Below, in pieces: positions 29,301-38,887 of a DNA stretch of 64,000 bases. The DNA is from Vicinamibacterales bacterium (GTDB lineage: Bacteria > Acidobacteriota > Vicinamibacteria > Vicinamibacterales > CAVVIG01), in NCBI GenBank assembly GCA_050249955.1, contig JBFWPN010000001.1:896716-960715 (forward strand). The letters run 5' to 3'. A model generated the notes under the pieces. That model searched no databases. It saw only the letters and a list, made by a program, of their open reading frames with translations, and had not been told where the DNA came from. Numbering within the stretch: the stretch's first letter is position 1; each line of letters opens with the position of its first letter. The position numbers and the translations under genes were made by a program.

Positions 29301-30408
29301 GGTCGAGATTCGTGTAGCTGGCCTCGAAGCGGCCGGTGGGCTTGATCGGGTCGCTCAACGGGGCGATGTCGAAGGTGAAGCGCGCGTTACCGCCCGAGAA
29401 GCGCGAGCCGGCGTTCATCACCTTGAAGAACTTCTTGTTCCAGTGCAGCGAGCCGTACAGCGCGGGGAAGCGGTAGTCGTAGAGGCCGGCCACCTCGGAG
29501 GTGAAGTCGCCGGTGAGGTCGTGGCCCCCCTTGTACAGATGGAACGTGCCGGCGAAGTCGCCCGCGCCGTCGAGCACCCAGGGCTCGTCCTTGAAGAACA
29601 GCTCGCGCATGCGCTGGAACTGCACGCGCGACTTCACCTGGTAGGTCATCTCGGGCCACTGCGCCATGTCGAGATCGCCGGTGGCGCTGCTGACCGCACC
29701 GTCGGTGACCATCTCGATCCGGTCCATGTGGAGCTTCGACCCGTCGATGAAGAAGTGGGCGTTGAAGTCGGCCCACATCGGCACGTAGTCCTGGATCGTC
29801 ACCAGGCCGCCCTTGAACGCAGCGTCGCCGTTGTAGCCCCGGCTGTTGGTGACCGTGATGTCGATGTTGGGCGCGATGATGCCCCAGGGGGTTTCGTGGT
29901 CCTCGTAGGTGAACTGTCCGCGATAGGCGTGCACGCGCTTCACCGTGGTCACGAAGCGCCGCGGCCCCGGGGGGCGGTTGCTCTCGCTGCGGCGGAACCG
30001 GACGAAGCTGTCGGTGCCCGGCCACTTCTCGACGAGCATCTGCCAGTCGGTCAGCTCGACGTCGGCCACGATGATCTCGGGCACGCGCTGGAGGAGCTTC
30101 CCCCAGTCCATCGCGATGGTGAGCTTCTTCGCAGCGAAGAACGGGCGGTCGTCCGGCTTCAGCCCTTCGATGAGGAAGTCGTCCACCTCGAAGCGGCCGT
30201 TGGCGATGCGGATCGAGAGACCGCCGATATGGATGGGACGGCGGAGCTGCGTGGAGCCCTGGCGCTCGGCGAGCGCGCGGATGGACGGACCGAGATCGAT
30301 GCGAAGCGTGACGACGATCGCAATGGCGAGGATTGCGATGGTGCTCGCCAGGCTGATGCCGACGTATCGGAGGACCTTGAGGGCCCGCTGCCTGGAGAAC
30401 AGTGACAC
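26320..30408 (-). CDS. tamB: Translocation and assembly module protein TamB (AsmA-like, DUF490 C-terminus)
   Basis: 1362 aa. N-terminal anchor 'ISLASTIAILAIAIVVTL', a long beta-rich body, and C-terminal 'YLTFSRSLSSSFNDQILLLEYDESDRLSWILSRNEDSSYAIEVRVRHAF'. Its stop overlaps the bamA start (TGATG). Confidence 0.85.
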   Translation of the reverse strand: MSLFSRQRALKVLRYVGISLASTIAILAIAIVVTLRIDLGPSIRALAERQGSTQLRRPIHIGGLSIRIANGRFEVDDFLIEGLKPDDRPFFAAKKLTIAMDWGKLLQRVPEIIVADVELTDWQMLVEKWPGTDSFVRFRRSESNRPPGPRRFVTTVKRVHAYRGQFTYEDHETPWGIIAPNIDITVTNSRGYNGDAAFKGGLVTIQDYVPMWADFNAHFFIDGSKLHMDRIEMVTDGAVSSATGDLDMAQWPEMTYQVKSRVQFQRMRELFFKDEPWVLDGAGDFAGTFHLYKGGHDLTGDFTSEVAGLYDYRFPALYGSLHWNKKFFKVMNAGSRFSGGNARFTFDIAPLSDPIKPTGRFEASYTNLDLAELTDFYQFAGVRFGGRATGRNLLEWPMGRFTEHRGGGEVTVTPPAGATTMVPSLDAVRAADPDHSRHEWGPFLPMPLAPHIPIAGHAAYDFGPDTVDLRDGRFATEKTHVSFEGRTAWGDESDMRFHVTSADWQESDQVLAGILTDFGAKTGAVAFGGRGEFDGGLTGPFRNPRVEGLFTGEDMRAWDTLWGDGSAHIVVENSYVTVTDGIIRKEDSEIRAEGLYSLGYPRKDGGEEVNARFRLVRRDLDSLRHAFELDDWPVSGRLSGEFHLTGNYENPFGFGAMTIDDGVAYDEPFQRASASLRFDGRGVRLDGMTMAKATGTVTGAAYVGWDGTYSFNADGRRIPAERVALLAYPTLQPSGVIEFTATGSSTFEFPRYDVRFRINNFAVAQEPVGLVTGTLGLRGTEVIGEAEANSDKLALTGTGRISLETGYDADLTFRFHDSPLDPYVRVYVPKLSEFTRAVASGTIRVGGPLEDVRRLDVEATVDRLEMELFDYAIRIPRPIRLSMAQQVVRVEDFQLVGDQTQLSIGGSVSLGDERVALRANGDANLGILQGFMRDVRGAGRATLTAAIDGPMYEPNFSGSAVIANGRVRHFSLPNALDGINGAIRFDSRGIRLDDITATMGGGRVQFGGRVGLDGYMPGDLNVTVRGEDMHLRYPEGIRSTVDADLSLRGSVQAPTLGGTVRVKQATWTQRMDPSGGIMSFGGRGSGVEMAPTPASSTIPLRFDLEVVVPSSLRIENNLARIVASADLQLRGTYDRPVLFGRAEVDRGEITFEGRRYLVTRGNIDFTNPSRIEPFFDVEAQTRVRVPYQTYQVIVRAVGTLDRLQPELTSDPPLPAPDVLALLFTDVRRSQGAGDAELLALQNPNQRQRDILTTRATQLLANPVASEVGRVVEQTFGVDTFQVTPSLIDPYNQSTGRVNPSARVTIGKRISDRVYLTFSRSLSSSFNDQILLLEYDESDRLSWILSRNEDSSYAIEVRVRHAF

Positions 30409-30414
30409 GTATCC

Positions 30415-30936
30415 TTAGGATGGCGTGATGATCGCGAGGAGGGTGCCGGCCTCGACCGACTGCCCCTCCTGCACGAGCACCTCGGTGACGGTACCGTCAC
30501 GCGAGGCGCGGAGCTCGTTTTCCATCTTCATGGCTTCGATGACGACGACCGGCTGCCGATGCAGCACGGCGTCGCCCGGCTTGCCGACGATGCGGACGAT
30601 CTTCCCGGGCATGGGCGCCACGATGCGCTGCGGTCCCGAGCCGCCGGAGGCCGCCTCGTCCTTCCGGCCGTAACGGCGTCGGGCATTGAGGCTGACCGGC
30701 ACGGGCACGGGGCCGATGCCGAAGACGTGGTGACCGGACACCGGGTCGATGGCGACGGGGATTTCGTGGCTCAGCACCTGCTCCTCCCCCGCAATCAGCA
30801 AGGAGAGCGTGTGCCCCGCCACGTGCGCCGCATCGACCACCCAGCGCTGGTCGTCGAACGACACCACGAACCCGCCGTCCTTGCGGACGACGCTGACCTG
30901 CCTCGACTGTCCGTTGACCTCGATCTCGTACTGCAC
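30415..30936 (-). CDS. Biotin carboxyl carrier protein subunit of acyl-CoA carboxylase
   Basis: C-terminal biotinyl domain containing 'VVIEAMKMENEL'. Confidence 0.85.
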   Translation of the reverse strand: MQYEIEVNGQSRQVSVVRKDGGFVVSFDDQRWVVDAAHVAGHTLSLLIAGEEQVLSHEIPVAIDPVSGHHVFGIGPVPVPVSLNARRRYGRKDEAASGGSGPQRIVAPMPGKIVRIVGKPGDAVLHRQPVVVIEAMKMENELRASRDGTVTEVLVQEGQSVEAGTLLAIITPS

Positions 30937-30938
30937 GG

Positions 30939-32477
30939 CTATCGCAACCCTTCGCTGCGCGCGCGTGTCTTCCAGCGCGTGGCACCCGCGGCCACCGGCT
31001 CTGCGGATGTCGTGGCGAATGCAGACGCACCGGCGGTGCGCGGGGCGAGCGCCAGCTGCAGGGCACCAGCCACTGCGGCGAGGGTCTCGGCCTGGGCATC
31101 CGGTTCGACGAACGGACGCCCGTTCCTGGCTTTCAGGATCTCATCGAGGTAGGTCGTGTGGAACGCGCTGCTCTGGAACTCCGGCTGCGCGAGCAGCCAG
31201 GTGAAGAACGGCACCGTGGTCTTGATGCCGGTGACCACGTACTCGCCAAGCGCACGCTTCATGCGCGCGACGGCCGCTGGACGATCCTCGGCCCAGGCCA
31301 CCAGCTTCGAGATCATCGGGTCGTAGAAGATCGGCACCTCGAGGCCGGCCGTCGCGCCGCTGTCGTCGCGGATGCCGGGACCGTTCGGCACGCGCAGGTG
31401 CTGGATGCGGCCGGGCGACGGCAGGAAGTTGTTGTCGGGATCCTCGGCGTAGATGCGGCACTCGATGGCGTGGCCGTTCGGCGTCAGCACCTTCTGCGGG
31501 TCGAGCGTCAGCTTCTCGCCGCGCGCGATGCGGATCTGCCAGCGGACGAGGTCGACGCCGGTCACCATCTCGGTGATCGGGTGCTCCACCTGCAGGCGCG
31601 TGTTCATCTCGAGGAAGTAGAACCGGCCGTCCTGGTCGAGCAGGAACTCGATGGTGCCCGCGTTCGTGTAGCCGGCCGCACGGGCCACCGCGGCTGCCGC
31701 CGACGTGATCTGCAGGCGCAGCTCGGCCGACACCGCGAGCGACGGCGTCTCCTCCACCACCTTCTGGTGCCGCCGCTGGATGGAACACTCGCGCTCGACG
31801 AACGGGAGCACGGTGCCGTGCTGGTCGGCCAGCAGCTGCACCTCGATGTGCCGCGGGTGCGTGATGCGCCGCTCCAGGAAGACCGCGGGATCGCCGAAGG
31901 CGGTGCCCGCCTCGGAGCGTGCGGCACGCACCGCACCGAGCAGGTCGGCGGCGCCGGTCACCGTGCGCATGCCCTTGCCGCCACCGCCGGCCACCGCCTT
32001 CACCAGCAGCGGGTAGCCGATCTCCTCGCCAATCCGCAGGATCTCGGCGTCGCTGGTGTCGGCACCGAGCGGGTCTGGCGTGCCCGGCACCACCGGCACG
32101 CCGGCACGAACGGCCACCTCGCGCGCCGCGGTCTTGCTGCCCATCAGCGCCACCGCTTCCGGCGACGGCCCGATGAAGGTGATCCCGGCGTCGCGACAGG
32201 CCGCCGCGAAGTCTTCGTTCTCGGCCAGGAAGCCGTACCCGGGATGGATGGCATCCGCGCCGCAGCGCTTCGCCACGTCGATGATCGTGTCGATCCGGAG
32301 GTAGCTCTCGCGCGGCGCACTCGGCCCGATGGGGTACGCCTCGTCGGCATACCGGACGTGCAGCGCGCTCCGATCGCACTCGGAATAGACCGCCACGGGC
32401 GAGATCTGCATCTCGCGGCAGGCACGGATGATCCGGACGGCGATCTCGCCGCGGTTCGCGATGAGGACTTTACGCAA
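30939..32477 (-). CDS. accC: Biotin carboxylase subunit (acetyl/propionyl-CoA carboxylase alpha, BC domain only)
   Basis: 'MRKVLIANRGEIAVRIIRAC', ATP-grasp 'GGGGKGMR', 'FLEMNTRLQVEHPITE'. Confidence 0.95.
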   Translation of the reverse strand: MRKVLIANRGEIAVRIIRACREMQISPVAVYSECDRSALHVRYADEAYPIGPSAPRESYLRIDTIIDVAKRCGADAIHPGYGFLAENEDFAAACRDAGITFIGPSPEAVALMGSKTAAREVAVRAGVPVVPGTPDPLGADTSDAEILRIGEEIGYPLLVKAVAGGGGKGMRTVTGAADLLGAVRAARSEAGTAFGDPAVFLERRITHPRHIEVQLLADQHGTVLPFVERECSIQRRHQKVVEETPSLAVSAELRLQITSAAAAVARAAGYTNAGTIEFLLDQDGRFYFLEMNTRLQVEHPITEMVTGVDLVRWQIRIARGEKLTLDPQKVLTPNGHAIECRIYAEDPDNNFLPSPGRIQHLRVPNGPGIRDDSGATAGLEVPIFYDPMISKLVAWAEDRPAAVARMKRALGEYVVTGIKTTVPFFTWLLAQPEFQSSAFHTTYLDEILKARNGRPFVEPDAQAETLAAVAGALQLALAPRTAGASAFATTSAEPVAAGATRWKTRARSEGLR

Positions 32478-32576
32478 GGGTCGGCCTGGTGGTTTCGACA
32501 GCTAACTATTCTAGCACCGCGACTTACGCGGGCGTCCGGCCGTCTCGACCGGTCGGGCACTTCATCCGGCGACCCC

Positions 32577-34118
32577 TCAGAGGGGGATGTTGCCGTGCTT
32601 CTTGGGCGGGTTCCGGTCGCGCTTGTTCTCCAGGTTCCGGAGGGCGGCAATCAGCTTCCGCCGCGTGTCGCGCGGATGGATCACCTCGTCGACGAAGCCC
32701 CGCGAGGCGGCCACGTACGGGTTGGCGAACTTGCTGCGGAACTCGGCCACCTTCTCCGCCCGCGCGGCAATGGCGTCGGCCGCGGCATCCAGCTCGCGCT
32801 TGTACAGCACGTTCACCGCACCCTCGGGCCCCATCACCGCGATCTCGGCCGTTGGCCACGCATAGTTGAAGTCGGTCCGAATGTGCTTGCTGGACATGAC
32901 GCAGTAGGCCCCACCGTAGGCCTTGCGCGTAATCACGGTCACCTTCGGCACGGTGGCCTCGGCAAACGCGTAGAGCAGCTTGGCCCCGTGGCGGATGATG
33001 CCGCCGTACTCCTGCACGGTGCCCGGCAGGAAACCCGGCACGTCCTCGAAGGTGACGAGCGGGATGTTGAAGGCATCGCAGAACCGGACGAACCGCGCGC
33101 CCTTCACCGACGCGTCGATGTCGAGCACCCCGGCCAGTACCGCCGGCTGGTTCGCCACGATGCCGACCGACCGCCCGTCGATCCGCGCGAAGCCGACGAC
33201 GATGTTGCGGGCGTAGTGCTGGTGCACCTCGAGGAAATACCCCTCATCCACCACGGCGTGGATCACGTCCAGCATGTCGTACGGCTGGTTGGGCGACGCC
33301 GGGACGAGTCGGTCGAGCTCCGGCAGCTCACGATCGGCATCCTCGGCCGCGGGCAGCCGCGGCGGGTCGTCCACGTTGTTCGAGGGCAGGAAGGAGAGCA
33401 GGTCGCGAATCAGCCCGATGCACTCCTTGTCATCGTCCACCGCGAAGTGGGCGACGCCGCTCGTGGCGTTGTGCGTCATCGCGCCGCCGAGCTGTTCCTT
33501 GGTCACCTCCTCGTGGGTGACCGTCTTGATGACGTCGGGGCCGGTCACGAACATGTAGCTCGTGTTCTTCACCATCACGTTGAAGTCGGTGATGGCCGGC
33601 GAGTAGACCGCGCCGCCCGCGCAGGGCCCCATGATGGCGGAGATCTGCGGGATGACGCCCGAGGCGAGCGTGTTGCGCAGGAAGATGTCGGCGTAGCCGC
33701 CGAGCGACATCACCCCCTCCTGGATGCGCGCGCCGCCCGAGTCGTTGAGGCCGACCACCGGTGCGCCGAGGCGCATCGCGAGGTCCATGACCTTGACGAT
33801 CTTCGCGGCGTTGGTCTCGGACAGCGAGCCGCCGAACACGGTGAAGTCCTGCGCGAAGGCGAAGACCTGGCGTCCGTCGACGAGCCCGTGCCCGGCCACG
33901 ACGCCGTCGCCGGGAATCAACTGGCCGGCCATGCCGAAGTCCAGGCACCGGTGGGTGACGAGCTTGTCCACCTCCTCGAAGGTGCCCGGATCGAACAGCA
34001 GCTCGATGCGCTCGCGCGCGGTGAGCTTGCCCGCCTCGTGCTGGCGGCGCAGGCGGTCTTCGCCGCCGCCGAGTTCGGCGCGACGTTCGAGGTCGTCGAG
34101 AACGGAAATGGGGTCCAT
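32577..34118 (-). CDS. pccB: Acyl-CoA carboxylase carboxyltransferase subunit (propionyl-CoA carboxylase beta-like)
   Basis: 513 aa. '[14 protein letters not shown]', '[16 protein letters not shown]', '[14 protein letters not shown]'. Confidence 0.95.
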   Translation of the reverse strand: MDPISVLDDLERRAELGGGEDRLRRQHEAGKLTARERIELLFDPGTFEEVDKLVTHRCLDFGMAGQLIPGDGVVAGHGLVDGRQVFAFAQDFTVFGGSLSETNAAKIVKVMDLAMRLGAPVVGLNDSGGARIQEGVMSLGGYADIFLRNTLASGVIPQISAIMGPCAGGAVYSPAITDFNVMVKNTSYMFVTGPDVIKTVTHEEVTKEQLGGAMTHNATSGVAHFAVDDDKECIGLIRDLLSFLPSNNVDDPPRLPAAEDADRELPELDRLVPASPNQPYDMLDVIHAVVDEGYFLEVHQHYARNIVVGFARIDGRSVGIVANQPAVLAGVLDIDASVKGARFVRFCDAFNIPLVTFEDVPGFLPGTVQEYGGIIRHGAKLLYAFAEATVPKVTVITRKAYGGAYCVMSSKHIRTDFNYAWPTAEIAVMGPEGAVNVLYKRELDAAADAIAARAEKVAEFRSKFANPYVAASRGFVDEVIHPRDTRRKLIAALRNLENKRDRNPPKKHGNIPL

Positions 34119-34145
34119 CGTGTCGGCTGCTCAGGCGATCGGTGG

Positions 34146-34799
34146 CTACTTGCCGGACGGGTACGCCTTCTCCCAGTCCTTCAGGAAACGCTCGAGGCCG
34201 CTCGTCGTGAGCGGGTGGTTGAACAGCTGGTCGATCACCGCGGGCGGGCAGGTGCAGATGTCCGCGCCCATCTTCGCCGCATCCACGATGTGGATCGGGT
34301 TGCGGCAGCTGGCCACCAGGACCTCGGTGGTGAAGTCGTAGTTGTCGTAGATCTGGACGATCTCGCGGATCAGGTCCATGCCGGTCTGGCCGATGTCATC
34401 GAGCCGGCCGACGAACGGGCTCACGAAGGTGGCCCCCGCCTTGGCCGCGAGCAGCGCCTGCGCCGCCGAGAACACCAGCGTGACATTCACGCGGATCCCC
34501 TCGTCCGACAGCGCCTTGCACGCGCGGATGCCATTGCGCGTCAGCGGCAGCTTCACCACCATGTGCTCGTCCAGCGCCGCGATCTCGTGCCCCTCGCGCA
34601 GCATGCCGTCGAACTCGGTGGAGATGACCTCGCCGCTCACCGGCCCCTTCACGATGCCGCAGATCTTCTTGAGGTTCTCCTTGTAGTCCCCCGGCTCCTT
34701 CGCCAGGAGCGACGGGTTCGTCGTCACGCCGTCGATGATGCCGAGGGCGCACAGTGTCTCGATGTCCTTGATGTTGCCGCTATCCACGAAGAGCTTCAT
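34146..34799 (-). CDS. fsa: Fructose-6-phosphate aldolase / short transaldolase (type 3B)
   Basis: 'MKLFVDSGNIKDIETLCALGIIDGVTTNPSLL' and the Schiff-base Lys region 'HMVVKLPLT'. 217 aa. Confidence 0.9.
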   Translation of the reverse strand: MKLFVDSGNIKDIETLCALGIIDGVTTNPSLLAKEPGDYKENLKKICGIVKGPVSGEVISTEFDGMLREGHEIAALDEHMVVKLPLTRNGIRACKALSDEGIRVNVTLVFSAAQALLAAKAGATFVSPFVGRLDDIGQTGMDLIREIVQIYDNYDFTTEVLVASCRNPIHIVDAAKMGADICTCPPAVIDQLFNHPLTTSGLERFLKDWEKAYPSGK

Positions 34800-34916
34800 A
34801 TCGACCTCTCGCTGACGCGGACCGGCTGAGTGTGATTTCAGCGCGAAATCCGCGCAATGTGATTGCGAATTTCGCCCGACCTGAATCGACGCCCCCGTCC
34901 GTCCGCCCGCCCCGCC

Positions 34917-35696
34917 TCAGGGCGTGTCGTTACTGACCGGATTGCTCAACTCACCAACCCCCTCCACCCGGACACTCACCACGTCGCCCGCCACGATCGG
35001 GCCGACGCCCGCGGGCGTGCCCGTGGAGATGATGTCCCCGGGCTCGAGCGTCATCACGAAGGTGATGTACTCGACCAGGAACTCGATCGGGAAGATCAGG
35101 TTGCTCGTGCTGCCGTTCTGCCGGCGCTCGCCGTTCACGAACCCTTCCACGGCACGGGGTCCGCGCCTGCCGCCAATCTCGATGCACGGGCCGAACGGCG
35201 CAAAGGTGTCGAACCCCTTGGCCCGGGTGTACTGCGTTTCCCTGTTCTGGATGTCGCGCGCGGTGACGTCGTTCAGGCAGGTGACGCCGTAGATGTAATC
35301 CCACGCATCCGCCGCCTTCACGCGGTGCGCGCGGCGGCCGATCACCAGCGCCAGCTCCGACTCGTAGTGAATGGTGCCGACGCCGGGCGGAATCAGGATC
35401 GGCGCCCCAGGGTCGAGAATGGACGAGGGCGGCTTGGAGAACAGCAGTGGCTCGGGCGGGATCGCCTTCTTCATCTCCGCCGCATGGTCCTTGTAGTTCA
35501 GGCCCACGCAAATCAGCTTCGATGGCAGCACCGGCACGTGCACCGTGACGGCGGCAAGGCCCCCGTCCAGTTCGGGCCCCGCCGTGCAGCCCTCGAAGAT
35601 GCTGCGCCCCTGCGGCACCGCGCGATGCAGCGTGCCCGCCCGTTCGACGACGTAGAAAGGGTCGGCGCCCTGAGACACCCGATAGAGTCGTTCCAT
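34917..35696 (-). CDS. Fumarylacetoacetate hydrolase (FAH) family protein
   Basis: 'KLICVGLNYKDHAAEM', 'YESELALVIG', 'MTLEPGDIISTGTPAGVG'. Confidence 0.9.
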   Translation of the reverse strand: MERLYRVSQGADPFYVVERAGTLHRAVPQGRSIFEGCTAGPELDGGLAAVTVHVPVLPSKLICVGLNYKDHAAEMKKAIPPEPLLFSKPPSSILDPGAPILIPPGVGTIHYESELALVIGRRAHRVKAADAWDYIYGVTCLNDVTARDIQNRETQYTRAKGFDTFAPFGPCIEIGGRRGPRAVEGFVNGERRQNGSTSNLIFPIEFLVEYITFVMTLEPGDIISTGTPAGVGPIVAGDVVSVRVEGVGELSNPVSNDTP

Positions 35697-35720
35697 GGCT
35701 GGAGTCCGCGAAATCTTACG

Positions 35721-36803
35721 TTACCTCGCCGTTTCCGTAATGGAGGTCGACGGGGCGCTGCGGTTGCCCGCCTTGTCGACCGCCACCACGGCGTAGGTGA
35801 CCCGGGCGCCTGTCGGCGCCGGATCCCGGTAGTTCGTGTCCGGAATGGGCGCCGGAGTGGCCGGCACCAGTTCGGTCGCCGGTGCCATGGCCCGCAGCAC
35901 GATATAGCCGGCGATGTCCGCCTCGTCGTTCGCCGTCCAGATCAGGCTCACCGAATTCTCCGAACCCACACCCACGAGCCCCTGCGGCGGGGCCGGCGCG
36001 AAGGTGTCGCGGGGCGTCACGCACTGCGGTGCCGACGCGGCGCTCTCGATCCGTACCGACTCCACCGTGAGCACACTCCGCACCTCGTAGCACCGCTCCT
36101 CGCCCCAGGCGATGGCCGCGTCGGCAAACGAGGGCTCGGCCACCGGTGCCTCCGTCAGCGCCACGGGCGGAGTGCCTGGCCGGTAGACGGCATACGCGAC
36201 CGCCGTTCCCTCGGCGGCGGTGACCGGCGCCCACGCCACGGTGATCGCCTTCTCGTCGTACGTCACCCGCGGCGCACCCGGAGCCGCCGGCGGATCGACC
36301 AGCGGCACCGCCACCCTCGGTGTCAGCGCACCGCGGCGTCCACGGCTGTTGAAGCCGACCGCCACGTACGACCGGTAGGTGCCGGGCACCGCCGGATCGA
36401 TCGTGTCGGTGACACGGGCGGCCTCGTTCTGATCGAGCCCAGGACCCTTCGGCGCCGGCGTTTCAGGTTCGGGTTCGTCCGGGTCCGGCGCCTTGTTCAC
36501 CGCGAGGGTGCCGATGCGCTCCCCCTGGCGCACCACCTCCTCGGCGCCCACCGGGCCGGGCGTGGTCCAGGCATAGACCTCGATGCGCGCCAGGTCGGCC
36601 GGCGTGCTGCGGTCGGTGTTTGCCCCAGGCACCGTGAACGACAGCGCCACCTCGTCGCCCTGCCGCACGGCGGCAAAGCCCTCGGGTGGATTGGGCAGGA
36701 GGACGAGCGGCGGGAGGGGCGGCCCCTTCTTGCCGCAGGCGAGGGCCAGCACCGCCGTGGCCAGCACCAGCGGCAGCGCGGCCCGAACGAGAGGTCGGCT
36801 CAC
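35721..36803 (-). CDS. Lipoprotein with fibronectin type III-like domains (hypothetical)
   Basis: GTG at 36803 overlaps the hslU stop (GTGA). Lipobox 'AVLALAC'. FN3-like '[32 protein letters not shown] ... [13 protein letters not shown]'. The 582-aa ORF-track version is an over-extension antisense to hslU. Confidence 0.7.
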   Translation of the reverse strand: MSRPLVRAALPLVLATAVLALACGKKGPPLPPLVLLPNPPEGFAAVRQGDEVALSFTVPGANTDRSTPADLARIEVYAWTTPGPVGAEEVVRQGERIGTLAVNKAPDPDEPEPETPAPKGPGLDQNEAARVTDTIDPAVPGTYRSYVAVGFNSRGRRGALTPRVAVPLVDPPAAPGAPRVTYDEKAITVAWAPVTAAEGTAVAYAVYRPGTPPVALTEAPVAEPSFADAAIAWGEERCYEVRSVLTVESVRIESAASAPQCVTPRDTFAPAPPQGLVGVGSENSVSLIWTANDEADIAGYIVLRAMAPATELVPATPAPIPDTNYRDPAPTGARVTYAVVAVDKAGNRSAPSTSITETAR

Positions 36804-38179
36804 AGGATGTACCGGGAAAGGTCTTCGTTCTTCACGACGTCGGCCAGCATCCGCGTCACATACGCATCGTCGATCACCACGTGCTTGTCGGGCAGGTCCG
36901 GCCCCTCGAACGAGATCTCGTCGAGCAGCTTCTCCATCACCGTGTGCAGGCGGCGCGCGCCGATGTTCTCGGTCCGCTCGTTCACGATGGTGGCGAAGTC
37001 CGCGATGCGATCGATCGCCTCGGGCGAGAACTCGAGCGTGATCCCCTCGGTGCTCATGAGCGCGGTGTACTGCTTCACGAGGGCGCTGCGCGGCTCGGTG
37101 AGGATCCGCACGAATTCGTCCTTCCCCAGCGCCTCGAGCTCCACGCGGATCGGGAAGCGCCCCTGGAGCTCGGGAATCAGGTCCGATGGCTTCGAGACGT
37201 GAAATGCCCCGGCAGCGATGAAGAGGACGTGGTCCGTCCGCACCATGCCGTGCTTCGTGTTCACGGTGGTGCCCTCGACGATGGGGAGGATGTCGCGCTG
37301 GACGCCCTCGCGGCTCACCTCGGGACCGTGCGATCCTTCCCGCCCCGCGATCTTGTCGATCTCGTCGACGAAGATGATGCCCGACTGCTCCACCCGCTCG
37401 ATGGCGGCGCGCGCCACGCTCTCCATGTCGATCAGCTTCTGCTCTTCCTCCTGCGTGAGGTAGTCCCACGCCTCGGGCACCTTCATCTTGCGCTTCTTCT
37501 TGCGCCCGCCCTGGAAGAGCCCCTGCATCGTGTCGCCGAGGTTCAGCCCCACTTCCTCCACCGACCCGCCGGCAATGATCTCGAGCGAGGGCATCGCCTT
37601 CTCGCGAACATCCACTTCGACGACCCGCTGGTCGAGCCGGCCGTCGCGCAGCTGCTCGCGGAACCAGTCGCGCGTGCCCGACTGCGGGTCGCGCGTGCTG
37701 GCGTCCTCCCCCGGCGTCAGCGGACGCGATGGGGGCAACAGCAGGTCGAGCAGCCGGTCCTCCGCGTTCTGCCGGGCGCGGGTCCGCACCTCCTCGAGCC
37801 GCTCCGCCCGGATCATTTCCACGCCAAGCTCGACGAGGTCGCGCACCATCGACTCGACGTCGCGCCCCACGTAGCCCACCTCGGTGAACTTCGAGGCTTC
37901 CACCTTGATGAACGGCGACTGCGCCAGCCGCGCGAGCCGGCGCGCAATCTCGGTCTTGCCGACGCCGGTCGGCCCGATCATCAGGATGTTCTTCGGCGCA
38001 ATTTCCTCGGCCAGTTCCGCTGGCAGCTTCTGGCGGCGCATGCGATTGCGCAGCGCAATCGCCACGGCGCGCTTTGCCGCCTTCTGGCCCACCACGTACT
38101 TGTCGAGTTCGGCCACGATCTGTCGCGGCGTGAGCGCGTCAGGCGCGCTCTGCGAACTCTCTGGCAGCAGAATCGGCAT
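36800..38179 (-). CDS. hslU: ATP-dependent protease ATPase subunit HslU
   Basis: '[17 protein letters not shown]', Walker A '[15 protein letters not shown]', '[10 protein letters not shown]'. Confidence 0.95.
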   Translation of the reverse strand: MPILLPESSQSAPDALTPRQIVAELDKYVVGQKAAKRAVAIALRNRMRRQKLPAELAEEIAPKNILMIGPTGVGKTEIARRLARLAQSPFIKVEASKFTEVGYVGRDVESMVRDLVELGVEMIRAERLEEVRTRARQNAEDRLLDLLLPPSRPLTPGEDASTRDPQSGTRDWFREQLRDGRLDQRVVEVDVREKAMPSLEIIAGGSVEEVGLNLGDTMQGLFQGGRKKKRKMKVPEAWDYLTQEEEQKLIDMESVARAAIERVEQSGIIFVDEIDKIAGREGSHGPEVSREGVQRDILPIVEGTTVNTKHGMVRTDHVLFIAAGAFHVSKPSDLIPELQGRFPIRVELEALGKDEFVRILTEPRSALVKQYTALMSTEGITLEFSPEAIDRIADFATIVNERTENIGARRLHTVMEKLLDEISFEGPDLPDKHVVIDDAYVTRMLADVVKNEDLSRYIL

Positions 38180-38182
38180 CCG

Positions 38183-38710
38183 TTACAGCTCTTCGACGAC
38201 GATGTTGGTGTTCGTGTAGATGCAGATCTCGCCGGCGAGCTGCATGGCCTTCAGCGCGATGGTCCTGGCGTCGAGGTCGGTGTTGGCGGCAAGGGCCCGG
38301 GCCGCAGCCAGCGCGTACGGACCGCCAGACCCGATGGCCACGATGCCGTCGTCCGGTTCGATGAGGTCGCCGGTGCCGGAGAGCAGGAAGGTCGAGTTCC
38401 GGTCGAGCACGATCAGCATCGCCTCCAGGCGCCGGAGGATGCGATCGCTGCGCCAGTCCTTGGCGAGTTCCACGACGGACCGCTCCAGGTTGCCGCGGTA
38501 CTGATCGAGCTTCGCTTCGAAGCGGGCGAACAGGGCGAAGGAGTCTGCGGCAGAGCCCGCGAAGCCGGCGAGGATGCGGTCGTTGTAGAGCCGGCGGATC
38601 TTCTTCGCGCTCTGCTTCATGACCGTCTGGCCGAAGGTCACCTGGCCGTCGCCGGCCAGCACCGACTGTCCGCGGTGCCGCACGGCGAGGATGGTTGTGC
38701 TGTGGATCAT
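38183..38710 (-). CDS. hslV: ATP-dependent protease subunit HslV
   Basis: '[14 protein letters not shown]' (N-terminal Thr nucleophile region) and '[14 protein letters not shown]'. Confidence 0.95.
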   Translation of the reverse strand: MIHSTTILAVRHRGQSVLAGDGQVTFGQTVMKQSAKKIRRLYNDRILAGFAGSAADSFALFARFEAKLDQYRGNLERSVVELAKDWRSDRILRRLEAMLIVLDRNSTFLLSGTGDLIEPDDGIVAIGSGGPYALAAARALAANTDLDARTIALKAMQLAGEICIYTNTNIVVEEL

Positions 38711-38846
38711 CGCGGGTTTTCTGACTGTATCGGCCCCGTGATCGGGGTGTCAAGAAAACGGGACGCGCGCTGCTCCCGGGTCAGGACACGCGGGGCACCG
38801 CGGCGGCGGGGACGGCGAAAAGCGGCCCAAATCAGCTCGTCTGCAG

Positions 38847-38862
38847 TGGCAGCGTGGTTGCT
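38847..38862 (+). promoter_or_regulatory. Sigma-54 (-24/-12) promoter motif
   Basis: TGGCAGcgtggTTGCT with exact spacing. Predicted TSS near 38874. GGAG RBS at 38877-38880 and ATG at 38888. Confidence 0.6.
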
Positions 38863-38887
38863 TTTGCGGAGAAGTTGGAGTCTTCCC

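Noticed and set aside
34831-34875. CRP/FNR-type sites based on the two TGTGA half-sites upstream of fsa
   Set aside because: Neither TGTGA has the matching TCACA half-site at N6 spacing. I therefore report them only as unexplained palindromes and direct repeats, with no link claimed to the cyclase gene.
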